This document shows positions 22,032 through 32,637 of a stretch of DNA of 64,000 bases, in pieces. Location: the NCBI GenBank assembly GCA_965206695.1, contig CBDBKM010000010.1, positions 416,001-480,000 of the forward strand, in the 5' to 3' direction. The notes under the pieces were generated by a model. The model did not search any database and was not told the DNA's origin. It saw only the letters and a program-made list of their open reading frames with translations. Numbering within the stretch: position 1 is the stretch's first letter; each line of letters starts with the position of its first letter. The DNA is from Chlamydiales bacterium. GTDB taxonomy: Bacteria > Chlamydiota > Chlamydiia > Chlamydiales > JAAZZY01. The position numbers and the translations under genes are program-made.

Positions 22032-22987
22032 GCCTGCGTCTTTCTATGACCATGAATGGCTAAAGTCAGCGCACTTAAGTCTCCAATTTTTTCTAAGCTG
22101 CTGGCTTCGAGTCGAAATTCCTTCAAGGGTCTTGACCAGCAATATTTCTTTAGGCTTTCTCTAAGAGGTAAGAGAAGCAGATCTTGAGCATGAATGGCAA
22201 TGGTGCCTAAGATAATTGCTTCCGGATTATATAGCATAACTAAGGTGCCAATGCCATGTCCCAATCTTTCAATAAAAGACTCCCAATATTTAATGGCAAA
22301 CGGGTCTTTTTCTTTTACGGCTTTTATAAGGACTTTCATATCGATTTTAGATATTTCATTTTCTGCAAGAGCGATCATTTTTGTTTCAATATTGTTATCA
22401 CGAATCCTCTTTTGGATGGATTTAGCTACAGGGCCTCCTCCACAATAAATTTCTAAACATCCTTTTAATCCACAGACACATTGAGGGCCTGTTGGGTCCA
22501 GTACCATATGACCAACTTCTCCGGCGGTATCACTATGACCTTGTATAAGGGCACCATTGGCAATGATCCCGCCTCCAACACCTGTGCTCATAGTAAGATA
22601 GAGGAGATTTTCACAACCTTTCGCGCTTCCGAATTCCCATTCAGCCAGAACACATGCATTTGCATCATTATTGATAAAGGTAGGAAGAGATAACTCTTGT
22701 TTAAGCAGTTTAACAATTTGAATATTTTCCCAGCCCGGTAAATTAGGGGGATTAAGAATTTTTTCTTCTTTTACAGACATGGGACCGGGAACGGATAAGC
22801 CAATAGCCGTAACATCGCTATAATGATCAATTAACTTTTTAGCGGCTTGAATAATGCGATCAAGGGCTTGTTTCGGTCCCGAGTGTGCTTGTGTGGGTAT
22901 TGTGCCGGATTCTACAATAGAACCATCTTCTAATCCCATGGATATTCCTATGTTAGTCCCGCCTATATCAATTCCTAAATAATGCAT
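22028..22987 (-). CDS. ROK-family sugar kinase (glucokinase-like)
   Basis: GIDIGGT, NDANA, STGVGGG, GEVGHM, CVCGLKGCLE; no N-terminal HTH. Confidence 0.92.
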   Translation of the reverse strand: MHYLGIDIGGTNIGISMGLEDGSIVESGTIPTQAHSGPKQALDRIIQAAKKLIDHYSDVTAIGLSVPGPMSVKEEKILNPPNLPGWENIQIVKLLKQELSLPTFINNDANACVLAEWEFGSAKGCENLLYLTMSTGVGGGIIANGALIQGHSDTAGEVGHMVLDPTGPQCVCGLKGCLEIYCGGGPVAKSIQKRIRDNNIETKMIALAENEISKIDMKVLIKAVKEKDPFAIKYWESFIERLGHGIGTLVMLYNPEAIILGTIAIHAQDLLLLPLRESLKKYCWSRPLKEFRLEASSLEKIGDLSALTLAIHGHRKTQA

Positions 22988-23149
22988 TGTTTTAGCCTCT
23001 ATCTACTTCTTTATCTTATCCATATTTTTTCTAGCTATCACTTAATAGTGGAAAGAAAGCAAGTGGTTTGTTATCTTGCGTAATTCAATCAAATACCTAT
23101 TTTTAGAATGATAAACAATAAATGATTGCAAGAGTACGGGAGAATCTAT

Positions 23150-23812
23150 ATGAAGAGGCTTTTTAGCTTACTTAGCTTATCAATAATTTTAGTTAGTTGT
23201 ACAAGCGGACCTATTCAACCTTTGCGTTATCATGCAACGGGTATAGCTAAACCTGTAGTAGCCGTTCTTCCGATTATTGATATTACAGACTACCAATTGG
23301 ATTGGGATCTTTCTGATGAACTAACTGTAGGTATTTGTCAGCGTATGATTGACAGGGGGGCTTTATATTTGGCTCCTGAAGAGTCAATGAAAATTGCATT
23401 GAAGAGATTCGAAGGCGTAGATCTTATTGATACAGATGAAAATTTTATCCGGGATTTTGCTGCAAGTAATGAGTTTCTTGTTTTAATGGAGTTAATTGAA
23501 CATAAAGAAGTTCCTTATAATCGACAACGCATCAAGCCTATTTATCCCTCTGATGGTGAAATAGAAAATGTTTTGATGATGAAATTGCGAATAAAGGTAT
23601 TCGATTTAAGAAATGGTGTTCCTCAAATTATCTTACAAGAAATTGTACATAGTAATCATATGATGCCTAAAGCGCCCGTTTATTATGATTATAATAAAAT
23701 TAATTGGGGTAATGAAATTTATTCAACGACTCCAATAGGAAGAGCACATGCCCGCTTAGAAAGAGATGTAGCGGTGCAAGTCGAAAAATATATATCGGTT
23801 GCTAAAAGTTAA
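23150..23812 (+). CDS. Chlamydial CT253-like lipoprotein
   Basis: Signal peptide with lipobox (LVSC); position upstream of the CPBP gene as in the chlamydial CT253-CT254 arrangement. Confidence 0.7.
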   Translation: MKRLFSLLSLSIILVSCTSGPIQPLRYHATGIAKPVVAVLPIIDITDYQLDWDLSDELTVGICQRMIDRGALYLAPEESMKIALKRFEGVDLIDTDENFIRDFAASNEFLVLMELIEHKEVPYNRQRIKPIYPSDGEIENVLMMKLRIKVFDLRNGVPQIILQEIVHSNHMMPKAPVYYDYNKINWGNEIYSTTPIGRAHARLERDVAVQVEKYISVAKS

Positions 23813-23818
23813 GGGTTT

Positions 23819-24709
23819 ATGCCCCCAAATATTAATGAAAATCTATTAGAACAACACATTGCTATACTGTTGTTAGGGTTGTTTTTAGCAACACTATTCA
23901 ATTACTTTGCTTGGTATAGGAAGTATTACCAATTACCACCTTTGCATAGGGAAAAAGGTAATGTTTATCTATGGCAGGTGTTCGGTGCCTTTCTTGTCTA
24001 TTTAGCTTTTTCTTTTCTCTATCCTTTTACTATTCATTTATTTTTCAAAGTATTTGTACCTCAATATAGAGATATTCTAAAGGGAGTTTCATATATAAGA
24101 GGTTGGGTAAATATTGTCGGACTATTCCTTACATTCGGTGTCATGTTACTTTACTTCAATTTCCTAAGCGAAAAAAATCGGCAAGCGGTTTGGGGATATG
24201 GTCTTAAAGACGGAGCCCCTCGCTTTATTCATAATATTTTAATGGGTATTTTAACATGGGTTATCTCTTTTCCTATTGTTGTTGTTGTGGGACAGATCTG
24301 TTCGATAATCATTGATGTCTTAAAGTTAAGAACGGTTGAACAAATTGCTATAAGATATTTAAAAACAACATTACCCTATAAGGAACAATATATTATTACG
24401 GCGCTTCTTATAGTGTTTATTATTCCAATTATTGAAGAGTTATTATTTAGGGGTTTTTTACAAAATTTTCTTTCTAAGTGGCTCGGTAGAATCTGGGGAA
24501 TTGTTATTACATCTTTGATTTTTGCAAGCTTTCATTTCTCCATGACTCAAGCTTGGGAAAATTTAGAATTAATGATTTCTCTATTTGTTCTATCTTGCTT
24601 TTTAGGTTTTATTTACTTTAGACAACGATCATTGTGGTCTTCGATTGCTTTACATGGAACATTTAATGGTATTAGTATTTTAATGATGAGTTTTTCAAAA
24701 AGCGCATGA
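23819..24709 (+). CDS. CPBP-family intramembrane glutamic endopeptidase
   Basis: EELLFRG, FASFH, SIALHGTFN motifs. Confidence 0.9.
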   Translation: MPPNINENLLEQHIAILLLGLFLATLFNYFAWYRKYYQLPPLHREKGNVYLWQVFGAFLVYLAFSFLYPFTIHLFFKVFVPQYRDILKGVSYIRGWVNIVGLFLTFGVMLLYFNFLSEKNRQAVWGYGLKDGAPRFIHNILMGILTWVISFPIVVVVGQICSIIIDVLKLRTVEQIAIRYLKTTLPYKEQYIITALLIVFIIPIIEELLFRGFLQNFLSKWLGRIWGIVITSLIFASFHFSMTQAWENLELMISLFVLSCFLGFIYFRQRSLWSSIALHGTFNGISILMMSFSKSA

Positions 24710-24765
24710 AACTATGCGATGTGTTATATGCAAAAAGTTTTTTGAAAATATAGGGGTTATTGTAA

Positions 24766-25521
24766 GTGGTAATTAAAATGTTTAAGACCGAATCATATGG
24801 TTTAACCGATATAGGCTCCGTTCGTAAGAATAATGAAGACGCTTGGGAAGAAATTCCTGAAGCGGGGTTTTATGTGTTAGCTGATGGTTTGGGTGGCCAT
24901 CAAAGTGGGGAGGTCGCTTCTTCAAAAGCAGTGAAGAATTTGATTTATGCTATTAAGAGAATTGAACAATTTAAATCCGATAATAGAACAGCCAAGGAGC
25001 TGGCTACCTTATTGCGATTTGCCATTAAAGAAACGAATCACCATATCCACCGGATGGGTCAAAATAGTGAAGAAATGACGGGTATGGCAACAACTCTTTG
25101 TTGTCTATATATTCATCAACAACAAATTATTTATGCTCATGTTGGAGATAGCCGTATTTACCGATTACGTAAAGGACGTCTCAATTTACTAACTAAAGAT
25201 CATACAGTAGTAAATCATTTGTTAAATAAAGGAGAAATTACTCCTGAAGAGGCCCGAAATTCTTCTTATCGAAACATCTTAACTAAAGCTGTAGGTATCG
25301 ATCTTACCATTGAGGCTGATGTCAATATTGAAGAAATTCAACATGACGATTTGTATTTACTTTGTTCTGATGGCTTAACAGATGCTCTGTCTTTCCATGA
25401 GATGGAAGAAATACTCTCTCTGTCTAAGACGTTAAAAAACAAAACATCAATTTTGATTAATAAAGCCAAAGAGAACGGTGGAGAAGACAATATCACTGCC
25501 TTATTAATAAAGATAATTTAA
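24766..25521 (+). CDS. PP2C-type Ser/Thr protein phosphatase
   Basis: RKNNED, ADGLGGH, HVGDSR, LCSDGL, GGEDNIT. Confidence 0.93.
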   Translation: MVIKMFKTESYGLTDIGSVRKNNEDAWEEIPEAGFYVLADGLGGHQSGEVASSKAVKNLIYAIKRIEQFKSDNRTAKELATLLRFAIKETNHHIHRMGQNSEEMTGMATTLCCLYIHQQQIIYAHVGDSRIYRLRKGRLNLLTKDHTVVNHLLNKGEITPEEARNSSYRNILTKAVGIDLTIEADVNIEEIQHDDLYLLCSDGLTDALSFHEMEEILSLSKTLKNKTSILINKAKENGGEDNITALLIKII

Positions 25522-25596
25522 CTCTTATTGTTCTTTTATCTTTTATTCTTTTTTTTTATACTTACCTACAAATCAGATAAAAAGTTGTCTTTTATT

Positions 25597-26730
25597 ATGA
25601 ATAAATCGATATACCTAGATAATAATGCCACGACTTCTTTGGATTCGCGAGTCTTAAAAGCGATGCAAAAAGATTTTGAAGGCAAACCTTATAACCCATC
25701 AAGTATCCATTTTTTTGGCCGGAGGGCAAAAAATTTATTAATTAAAGCTCGTAGAAAAATTGCTACTACTCTAGGTGTCTCTTCTGATGAAATTTATTTC
25801 ACTTCAGGAGGTACAGAATCGAATAATTTATTAATTCGCGGATTAATATCAAATGCTTCCCGTGGACATATTATATCATCAGATTTAGAACATAGTTCGA
25901 TTTATGAGACGCTACAAAAGATGATTCCCCCTTCATATGAAGTGACTTATCTATCGGGAGGTCTCCATGGAGCTGTTACGAAAAAGAGCCTTTTACATGC
26001 ATTAAGAGAAGATACTAAACTGATTATTCTCATCGCAGTGAATAATGAAACAGGAGTAAAAACTGATATTGATGGAATCGCAGCTATTGCTAACGCGCAT
26101 AATATCCCGTTATTACTTGATGGAATCGCTTGGTTTGGAAAAGAAGAGTATAGGATACCAAAAGGAGTATCAGGTTTAAGTATTAGTGGTCATAAATTAC
26201 ATGCTCCAAAAGGTGTGGGATTATGTTATATATCCAATGACTTGGGTCAAAGTTCCTTGATTACCGGAGGGCCACAAGAAAAGGGGTATAGGGCCGGCAC
26301 TGAAAATCTAAGTGGGATTTTAGGCCTAGCAGAGGCAATCGCACTGCTGCCTGATATTTTGCCGGAGGCAAAAAAAAGAGTTTTGAATTTAAGGCAACGT
26401 CTTGAAGTCGGGATTTATAAGAACCTTAAAGAAGTCTATATTAACGGGACCGGAGATAGAATATGTAATACAGTCAATATTGCATTTTCTGATGTCGAAG
26501 GGGAAGCCCTTTTTATGAATTTAGATATGGAAAAAATTGCAGTCAGTTATGGCTCTGCATGTTCAACAGGTGTTTTAGAACCTTCTAGAGTCTTGGTCAA
26601 TATGGGCATTCCACCTAACTTGGCGCGTTCTTCGCTCCGTTTTTCTCTTAGTCGTTTATCAACCATCGATGAAATAAATCGTACAATTGACATTGTAATA
26701 AGAATAGTTAACCATTTACGTCATTTTTAA
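25597..26730 (+). CDS. iscS: Cysteine desulfurase (IscS/NifS type)
   Basis: YLDNNATT, NPSS, FTSGGTE, SGHK, GSAC; start chosen at MNKSIYLD. Confidence 0.9.
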   Translation: MNKSIYLDNNATTSLDSRVLKAMQKDFEGKPYNPSSIHFFGRRAKNLLIKARRKIATTLGVSSDEIYFTSGGTESNNLLIRGLISNASRGHIISSDLEHSSIYETLQKMIPPSYEVTYLSGGLHGAVTKKSLLHALREDTKLIILIAVNNETGVKTDIDGIAAIANAHNIPLLLDGIAWFGKEEYRIPKGVSGLSISGHKLHAPKGVGLCYISNDLGQSSLITGGPQEKGYRAGTENLSGILGLAEAIALLPDILPEAKKRVLNLRQRLEVGIYKNLKEVYINGTGDRICNTVNIAFSDVEGEALFMNLDMEKIAVSYGSACSTGVLEPSRVLVNMGIPPNLARSSLRFSLSRLSTIDEINRTIDIVIRIVNHLRHF

Positions 26731-26815
26731 CATTGGATTCTTTATTTTAAAATTTTTATTCGACAATTGTCATGAAATGTGTATGGTAGAATCATTATTA
26801 TTTTAATGAAAAGGA

Positions 26816-27622
26816 ATGGTTGTTATGAGGACGATGCATTTGAAGATGCTTTTTGCTTGTTTGATTACATTATTAACAACAACAGCATGTGGACCCTCAA
26901 AAGAAGAAATTGAGGCTAGGCAGCCTGTATGTTTCTCGGCTGAAATAACAACGCCGCAAATTATGCACAAACTATATCATCCGGACGATAAAAATATGCC
27001 CGAACCAATATTTAAAGCAATCTGTTCACAAAATAATGAGTCTCACGATTATAAGAATGCAATTGGATCCGCTACTTTGTTGTATGACCCCACAACGCAT
27101 CAATTAGATTATGCAATTGCTTTTAGAGGTTTAAGTGGTCCACCAATTTTGGTAGAATTATGTTCCGGTCTTTCAGGCAAGGAGGGACGAGTCATTGCGA
27201 CACTCTGTAATAATCTTGTAAGCGATATTCCGGCACTTTATAATCAGGAAAATCAAGGTATGAATGATCATTTTCACCCCTTAAATCCCAATGAATCTGA
27301 TCATCTTGAACAAAATACTGCTTCGAATGAGAACGATTATAAAGCTCCTTCCGACCTGATAGCAAAATGTGTTTCAAAAAATAGTGGTTTTTTAAGCGAC
27401 TCTATTGTTTTTAAAGAAAATAAGGATGCTGTTTCTTCCATGAGTGCTGAAGAAGTACACCACGCTTTGTTAAGTGATCAGCTTTATATAAATATCATTA
27501 CTTGTCTCAATGAACAAGGTGAGGTTAGAGGGCAGATTAAAAAGATAATGATGAGCCAAAAATCAATGCCGGGAAATAATATAAACCGCATGTCACCTCA
27601 GAAACAAAGACAGACGAACTAA
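26816..27622 (+). CDS. Lipoprotein with divergent CHRD-like domain
   Basis: Lipobox TTAC; GSATL.YD...L.Y.I.F.GLSG and LYINI...GEVRGQI. Confidence 0.65.
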   Translation: MVVMRTMHLKMLFACLITLLTTTACGPSKEEIEARQPVCFSAEITTPQIMHKLYHPDDKNMPEPIFKAICSQNNESHDYKNAIGSATLLYDPTTHQLDYAIAFRGLSGPPILVELCSGLSGKEGRVIATLCNNLVSDIPALYNQENQGMNDHFHPLNPNESDHLEQNTASNENDYKAPSDLIAKCVSKNSGFLSDSIVFKENKDAVSSMSAEEVHHALLSDQLYINIITCLNEQGEVRGQIKKIMMSQKSMPGNNINRMSPQKQRQTN

Positions 27623-28854
27623 ACAATAGTACGGATAGATAATAGTTTTGGGCCGGTCAGTGAACTTTCTTTGATTCGGATTTCAAATTGATCAATATGA
27701 ATGATTTCATCTTTATCAGGATTATGGTTTGAAATTTTGACGACAAGTTGTCCAAGAGTTTCTGTTCCATCCTCTTTTAAAGAGACATTAAATTCCTTAT
27801 TAAAGTCCTTAATCTTCATGTCTCCCGGAAAGGTTCTTTCGATTAAAGAATCTTGAAGGGCACATGTCATGGATGGCAATTCTACAGGTGAGCCAAATAA
27901 CTCTGTAATGATGTCTTCTAATGTCAAAATACCGATAGCTTGACCATTGTAATCGAGTACAACGGCGATTTTTTGATTATTACAGCGAAATTGTTTTAAG
28001 ATTTGAGTGATCGTAGAATTTTGCATAACAAACCAAGGAGGGTGTATATAAGAGGTTAATTGCTTTGTAGCATCCACTTCAATCAAATAACGGCAAGAAG
28101 CAATCCCAATAATTTTATTACGGAAGTTCTGATAGACAGGAAGGTGAGCATGATAGGTCTTATTCAGTATGGAATGCATTTGGCCTACAGAATAATGTAC
28201 CGGTATCATTTGAACGGCATGTAATGGTATCATCAAATGTTTGGATAATTTTTGCTCCATAGAAAAGATATTGGATACCAAAACATTCATATCCTCTTCA
28301 TTTAAATCGTGAGGCTTTTGATGTTTTTCTTCTATGGCCCTTTGAATTTCATCTCTTGAAAGAAAGATATTTTGCCTTGAACTCTTACCTGTGATGAGAA
28401 AATGAACACTTTTGGTAATAAGACTTAAAAACCAATTAAAGGGTGTCATGATTTTTGCTGAGAGGTATAGAAGCGGCATACCTAACATCACAACATGTTC
28501 CGCATATTTCCTACCCGCAAACATGGGAGTTAATTCAGCAAAAATAAGAACCAAAAAAACTTGAGTTAAAGGAGCCATATCAGGATTAACACTAATAGAT
28601 TCATAAAAACGTCTAGAACATTCAGAACCAATTTGAAGGCCGATGTTAACGCCTAATAGAGTCGTTCCAAATAATTTAGAAGGATTTTTTAATAAAGCAT
28701 TTAACCAAATAGCCCTTTTATTACCGTTACTGACATAATACTGTAATCGCACTTTATTGAAAGAGACCGAAGCCATTTCAAGCATAGAGTAATAGCCTTG
28801 AATCAAGATGCAAATGATTGTAAGTATTAGCCATAACCAGGAATTTTCAGTCAT
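27619..28854 (-). CDS. CNNM/CBS-domain (CorC/TlyC-like) membrane protein
   Basis: DUF21-like N-terminus, FAELTP, CBS pair (GILTLEDI), CorC-like C-terminus. Confidence 0.88.
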   Translation of the reverse strand: MTENSWLWLILTIICILIQGYYSMLEMASVSFNKVRLQYYVSNGNKRAIWLNALLKNPSKLFGTTLLGVNIGLQIGSECSRRFYESISVNPDMAPLTQVFLVLIFAELTPMFAGRKYAEHVVMLGMPLLYLSAKIMTPFNWFLSLITKSVHFLITGKSSRQNIFLSRDEIQRAIEEKHQKPHDLNEEDMNVLVSNIFSMEQKLSKHLMIPLHAVQMIPVHYSVGQMHSILNKTYHAHLPVYQNFRNKIIGIASCRYLIEVDATKQLTSYIHPPWFVMQNSTITQILKQFRCNNQKIAVVLDYNGQAIGILTLEDIITELFGSPVELPSMTCALQDSLIERTFPGDMKIKDFNKEFNVSLKEDGTETLGQLVVKISNHNPDKDEIIHIDQFEIRIKESSLTGPKLLSIRTIV

Positions 28855-30108
28855 GAGAGTTCCTTTGTCTTGTTAGTATCATCCTTAGCTAATTGACGAA
28901 TATAGATGCGTCTAACTCGATTGGGGTCCGCTGCTAAAACATGAAAAAAGAAATGATTGGTTGTATATTTCATTCCTGTTTTTGGAATAGTTCCTAACTG
29001 TTCTGTCAACCAGCCTCCTATCGTAACCATGTTCATGTCACTGTCTAAAGGAATATGAAAGATATGTTCAAATTCGGCCAATTCTAATTTTCCACTGGCG
29101 ATGATAGTATTTTCTCCTACAAGGGTATAGCGTACTTTTGCATCTCGTTTATCGACAATTTCTCCAACGACAATTTCTACAAGATCTTCCCGGGTAATCA
29201 AGCCTGATATTACCCCATACTCATTTACGACAATAGCAAGGAGGTCATTTTTGCTATTTAATTGATTTAATAAATTTTTAGCGCTCATTGCCTCAGGTAC
29301 AAAGTAGGGTTTTTCTAAAAAGGGAAGTATATCTGTTGAGGAAGTTAATTTATGACGGTGTAAAAAGAAATTTTTCACAGTGATAACTCCCTCAATATTT
29401 TCAATATTCTTTCTGCAGACAGGGACGCGAGATAGCTCTTGTTCGGTAAAAAAAATTGTTAATTCAGAAAGAGGTTTTGATAAATCAAAAAAAAGGATTT
29501 CTTCTCGAGGGCGCATTAACTCTTTTACTAACATATCTTGAAGGTTGAGGTAGCCATGTATAAGGGTGCGTTCATCGGTATTTAAAACACCGGATTGTTC
29601 GGATGTTCTTAATACTTGTTTTAATTCAGGGGTAGAAATTCGCTTTTCCTTTTTTAAGAAGAAGAAGAACAATCTGGCTAGATGACGAGTCAAAAATGTT
29701 AATAAAAATCCTAAAGGACCTAAAATAAATCGAAAAGATGCAATTATGGGAGCTACCCAATAAGATAATCGTTCATTATTATTTATAGCGATACACTTTG
29801 GAATGACTTCGCCAAAAATAAGAGTCAAAATAAGAGGAAAGCCAACGGTTAGAAGCCAACTGGAGTAATCGCCAAAAAGATTAGAGGCAACATTTTGAAC
29901 TAAAATATTGACTAAAAACATTAACCATTAGGATCGTAACTAATAAATTCAAGGGTTTGGAAAGAAGCTTTGCTACTAATTGTTTACGTTGGTTCCCATC
30001 TTTTCTCAGAGAACGTACTTTCATTGATGAAAGAGAAAACATAGCGGTCTCTGATGCTGAAAAAAAAGCGGAAATGAATGTGAAAATAATCAGCAAGAAT
30101 ATGAACAT
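28851..30108 (-). CDS. CNNM/CBS-domain (CorC/TlyC-like) membrane protein with one +1 frameshift near 29918
   Basis: SAFFSASETAMFSL in 29881-30108 continues as FGEVIPK, SRVPV, GLITREDLVEIVVGEI in 28851-29921. Confidence 0.85.
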
Positions 30109-30123
30109 GTGAAATTTTCGAGT

Positions 30124-30441
30124 TTAATCCTGAGTAAAGTGCACTTTAATATATCCTTCCGGGACAAGGCCTAATTCTTTTTTTAGAATCATTTCGATCC
30201 AGACCGGATCTATATGGCTTTGAATCTGAGCAGATAATTCATTATGGAGGATAAGAGCTTCCTCTCTGGTTTTGATTAAGTGTCCGAGTTTAGATTGAAG
30301 TCCCAGGTATTGCTGCTTTTGATATTGTCCAACTTTAGACAATCCTCCATAGAGGATAATTAAAAATACAAAAAACCACCAAGAATATACAAATACTTCT
30401 TCAAAAATAATTTTCTTAAGAGTTTTCTTCGTTTTTACCAT
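30124..30441 (-). CDS. FtsB/DivIC-like septum protein (chlamydial CT038-like)
   Basis: Single TM, coiled coil and DP.WIE...KELGLVPEG; adjacent to dcd. Confidence 0.6.
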   Translation of the reverse strand: MVKTKKTLKKIIFEEVFVYSWWFFVFLIILYGGLSKVGQYQKQQYLGLQSKLGHLIKTREEALILHNELSAQIQSHIDPVWIEMILKKELGLVPEGYIKVHFTQD

Positions 30442-30939
30442 TGGATATCAACTCAATTACTACAAATACTTAAACTAATAAAGCCGTATTAGTTTGTATC
30501 TTTTGCTTTGAAGCACGCAATAACTATCATTTGTCACTGCCTTATATTAAGTTTATTTTCATCCTTTTGATCTTTATTGCAATCAAAAACTTAAGTCATT
30601 GATTTTTAAAATAGATGAAACGCTTCCTTTAAAGCGATAATGTAACAGGGTAAAATTATTTTTTCTACGTTATTAAGTAGGAAGTATTGTTTCAGGAATG
30701 ACTGCGTAGATCTTGCATATTTTTATTAATAATAAAAGACACTCAATCTTGATATCAAGGTTCTTATTATGAGTTTATTGTACCTCATTTTATTATAATA
30801 GAACAAATGCTTCAACAAAGAGATTTGATTTTAAAATAATATTTTTGCTAATTTAGATTTTTTGAGAAAGAGAGTGGTTCGCGATAATAGACAAGTCTCA
30901 ATAACTTTGGTACAGAGTTTCATTCTCTTTCTCATTTTT

Positions 30940-31513
30940 TTACATTCTTGGAATTGTAATTCCTTCTTGCATCATATACTTGCCTTTGCGATCAGCATAT
31001 GAGATATCGCAAACCTCATCAGCTTCAAAAAAAAAGAACTTGAGCCGGGCCTTCATTAGCATATATTTTTGCCGGCAAAGGAGTTGTATTAGATATCTCT
31101 AATGTGACATATCCTTCCCATTCCGGTTCAAAAGGGGTGACATTCACTATAATACCGCACCGGGCATAGGTTGATTTTCCAAGGCAGATAGTCATAATAT
31201 TACGTGGAATACGACAATATTCAACACTCCTGGCCAATGCAAAGGAATTTGGCGGGACAATGCAGACATCACTCTGAATATCAACAAAAGAATGATCTCG
31301 GAAGTTTTTCGGGTCTACGATAGAATTATGAACATTGGTAAAGACCTTAAATTCGTCTGAAACACGAAGGTCATATCCATAACTTGATAGCCCAAAACTC
31401 ACAATTTTTTCTTGCAATTTTTGATTGAAACTTGATTGATTCTCTGCAAAAGGCTCAATCATTCTCATTTTTTTGGCCATCGTGCGAATCCGGTGATCCG
31501 GTTTAACACTCAT
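30940..31513 (-). CDS. dcd: dCTP deaminase, frameshifted in a T9 run near 31030 (possible pseudogene)
   Basis: [22 protein letters not shown]; tail [18 protein letters not shown] lies in another frame and ends at 30940. Confidence 0.88.
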
Positions 31514-31612
31514 AATTGTTGCCTCTGTAAACTTTTTCCTTCTTTTTTGTCCTAAGATTCAATACAATAATCCTTTAATATCATTTCAATCCAGTTTATT
31601 TATTTTCGTTAT

Positions 31613-32611
31613 ATGCAGTCATCGGATCCGGATTTTATAAAATCGTCTCTTTCCAGCGAAGATGTTCATTTCGAGGTACCGTTGCGCCCTCAATATTTAA
31701 AAGATTTCTCCGGTCAAGAACGACTAATAGACAGACTAAAAATTTTTATAGGAGCAGCTAAAAAAAGAAATGAAACATTAGGGCATGCTCTTTTTAATGG
31801 TCCTCCCGGTCTAGGTAAGACAACATTAGCCGGTATTATAGCCAAAGAAATGCAGGCCAATATTGTGATAACCTCAGGACCTGTTATTGAGAAACCCGGC
31901 GATTTGGCGGGCTTACTAACGAATCTGAAAAAGGGTGACATTCTATTTATTGATGAGATTCATCGTTTAAATCGCGTTGTGGAAGAATACTTATACCCTG
32001 CTATGGAAGATTTCGTTTTAGATTTGTTGATTGATAGTGGACCACATTCACGCTCCGTCCAAGTTAAGTTAGCTCAATTTACGTTAATTGGAAGCGACAA
32101 CCAGAACAGGATTATTAACCGCGCCATTACGGTCTCGTTTTGCTTTATCAACTAGATTAGACTATTATAGTCCGGAAGTATTGCAAAAAATTTTGATTCG
32201 TTCGGCTAAGATTTTGAATATGCAAATATCTCAAAAAGCTGCTTTAGAAATTGCTTGTCGTTCCCGTGGGAACGCCCCGTATCGCTAATAGCTTATTACG
32301 GTGGGTTCGAGACTTTGCTTCTATAAAAGGAGATGGAAAAGTTGACCAAGTGATGGTTGATAAGGCTTTAAAAGATGCTTTCTATCGATAACAGGGGTTT
32401 AGATGAGATGGATATGAAAATTCTTGGAGTTATTATTGACCATTATGATGGTGGTCCAGTAGGGTTAAATACTTTAGCAATTGCTATTGGTGAGGAAGGC
32501 TCTACTTTAGAAGAAGTTTATGAGCCGTTTCTTATAATGGAGGGTTTTTTAAAACGTACTCCAAGAGGTAGGGAAGCAACGTCCCTGGCTTATCAACATA
32601 TGGGAAGGTAA
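31613..32611 (+). CDS. ruvB: Holliday junction helicase RuvB with three +1 frameshifts
   Basis: [31 protein letters not shown] (split), EPFL..G...RTPRGR over consecutive frames. Confidence 0.92.
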
Positions 32612-32637
32612 ATGTTAACATTCAAGGGAGAGTTTCA

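Noticed and set aside
30442..30939. Long intergenic region as a possible ncRNA or tRNA locus
   Set aside because: AT-rich, with no cloverleaf or convincing stable structure visible by eye; a covariance-model search would be needed
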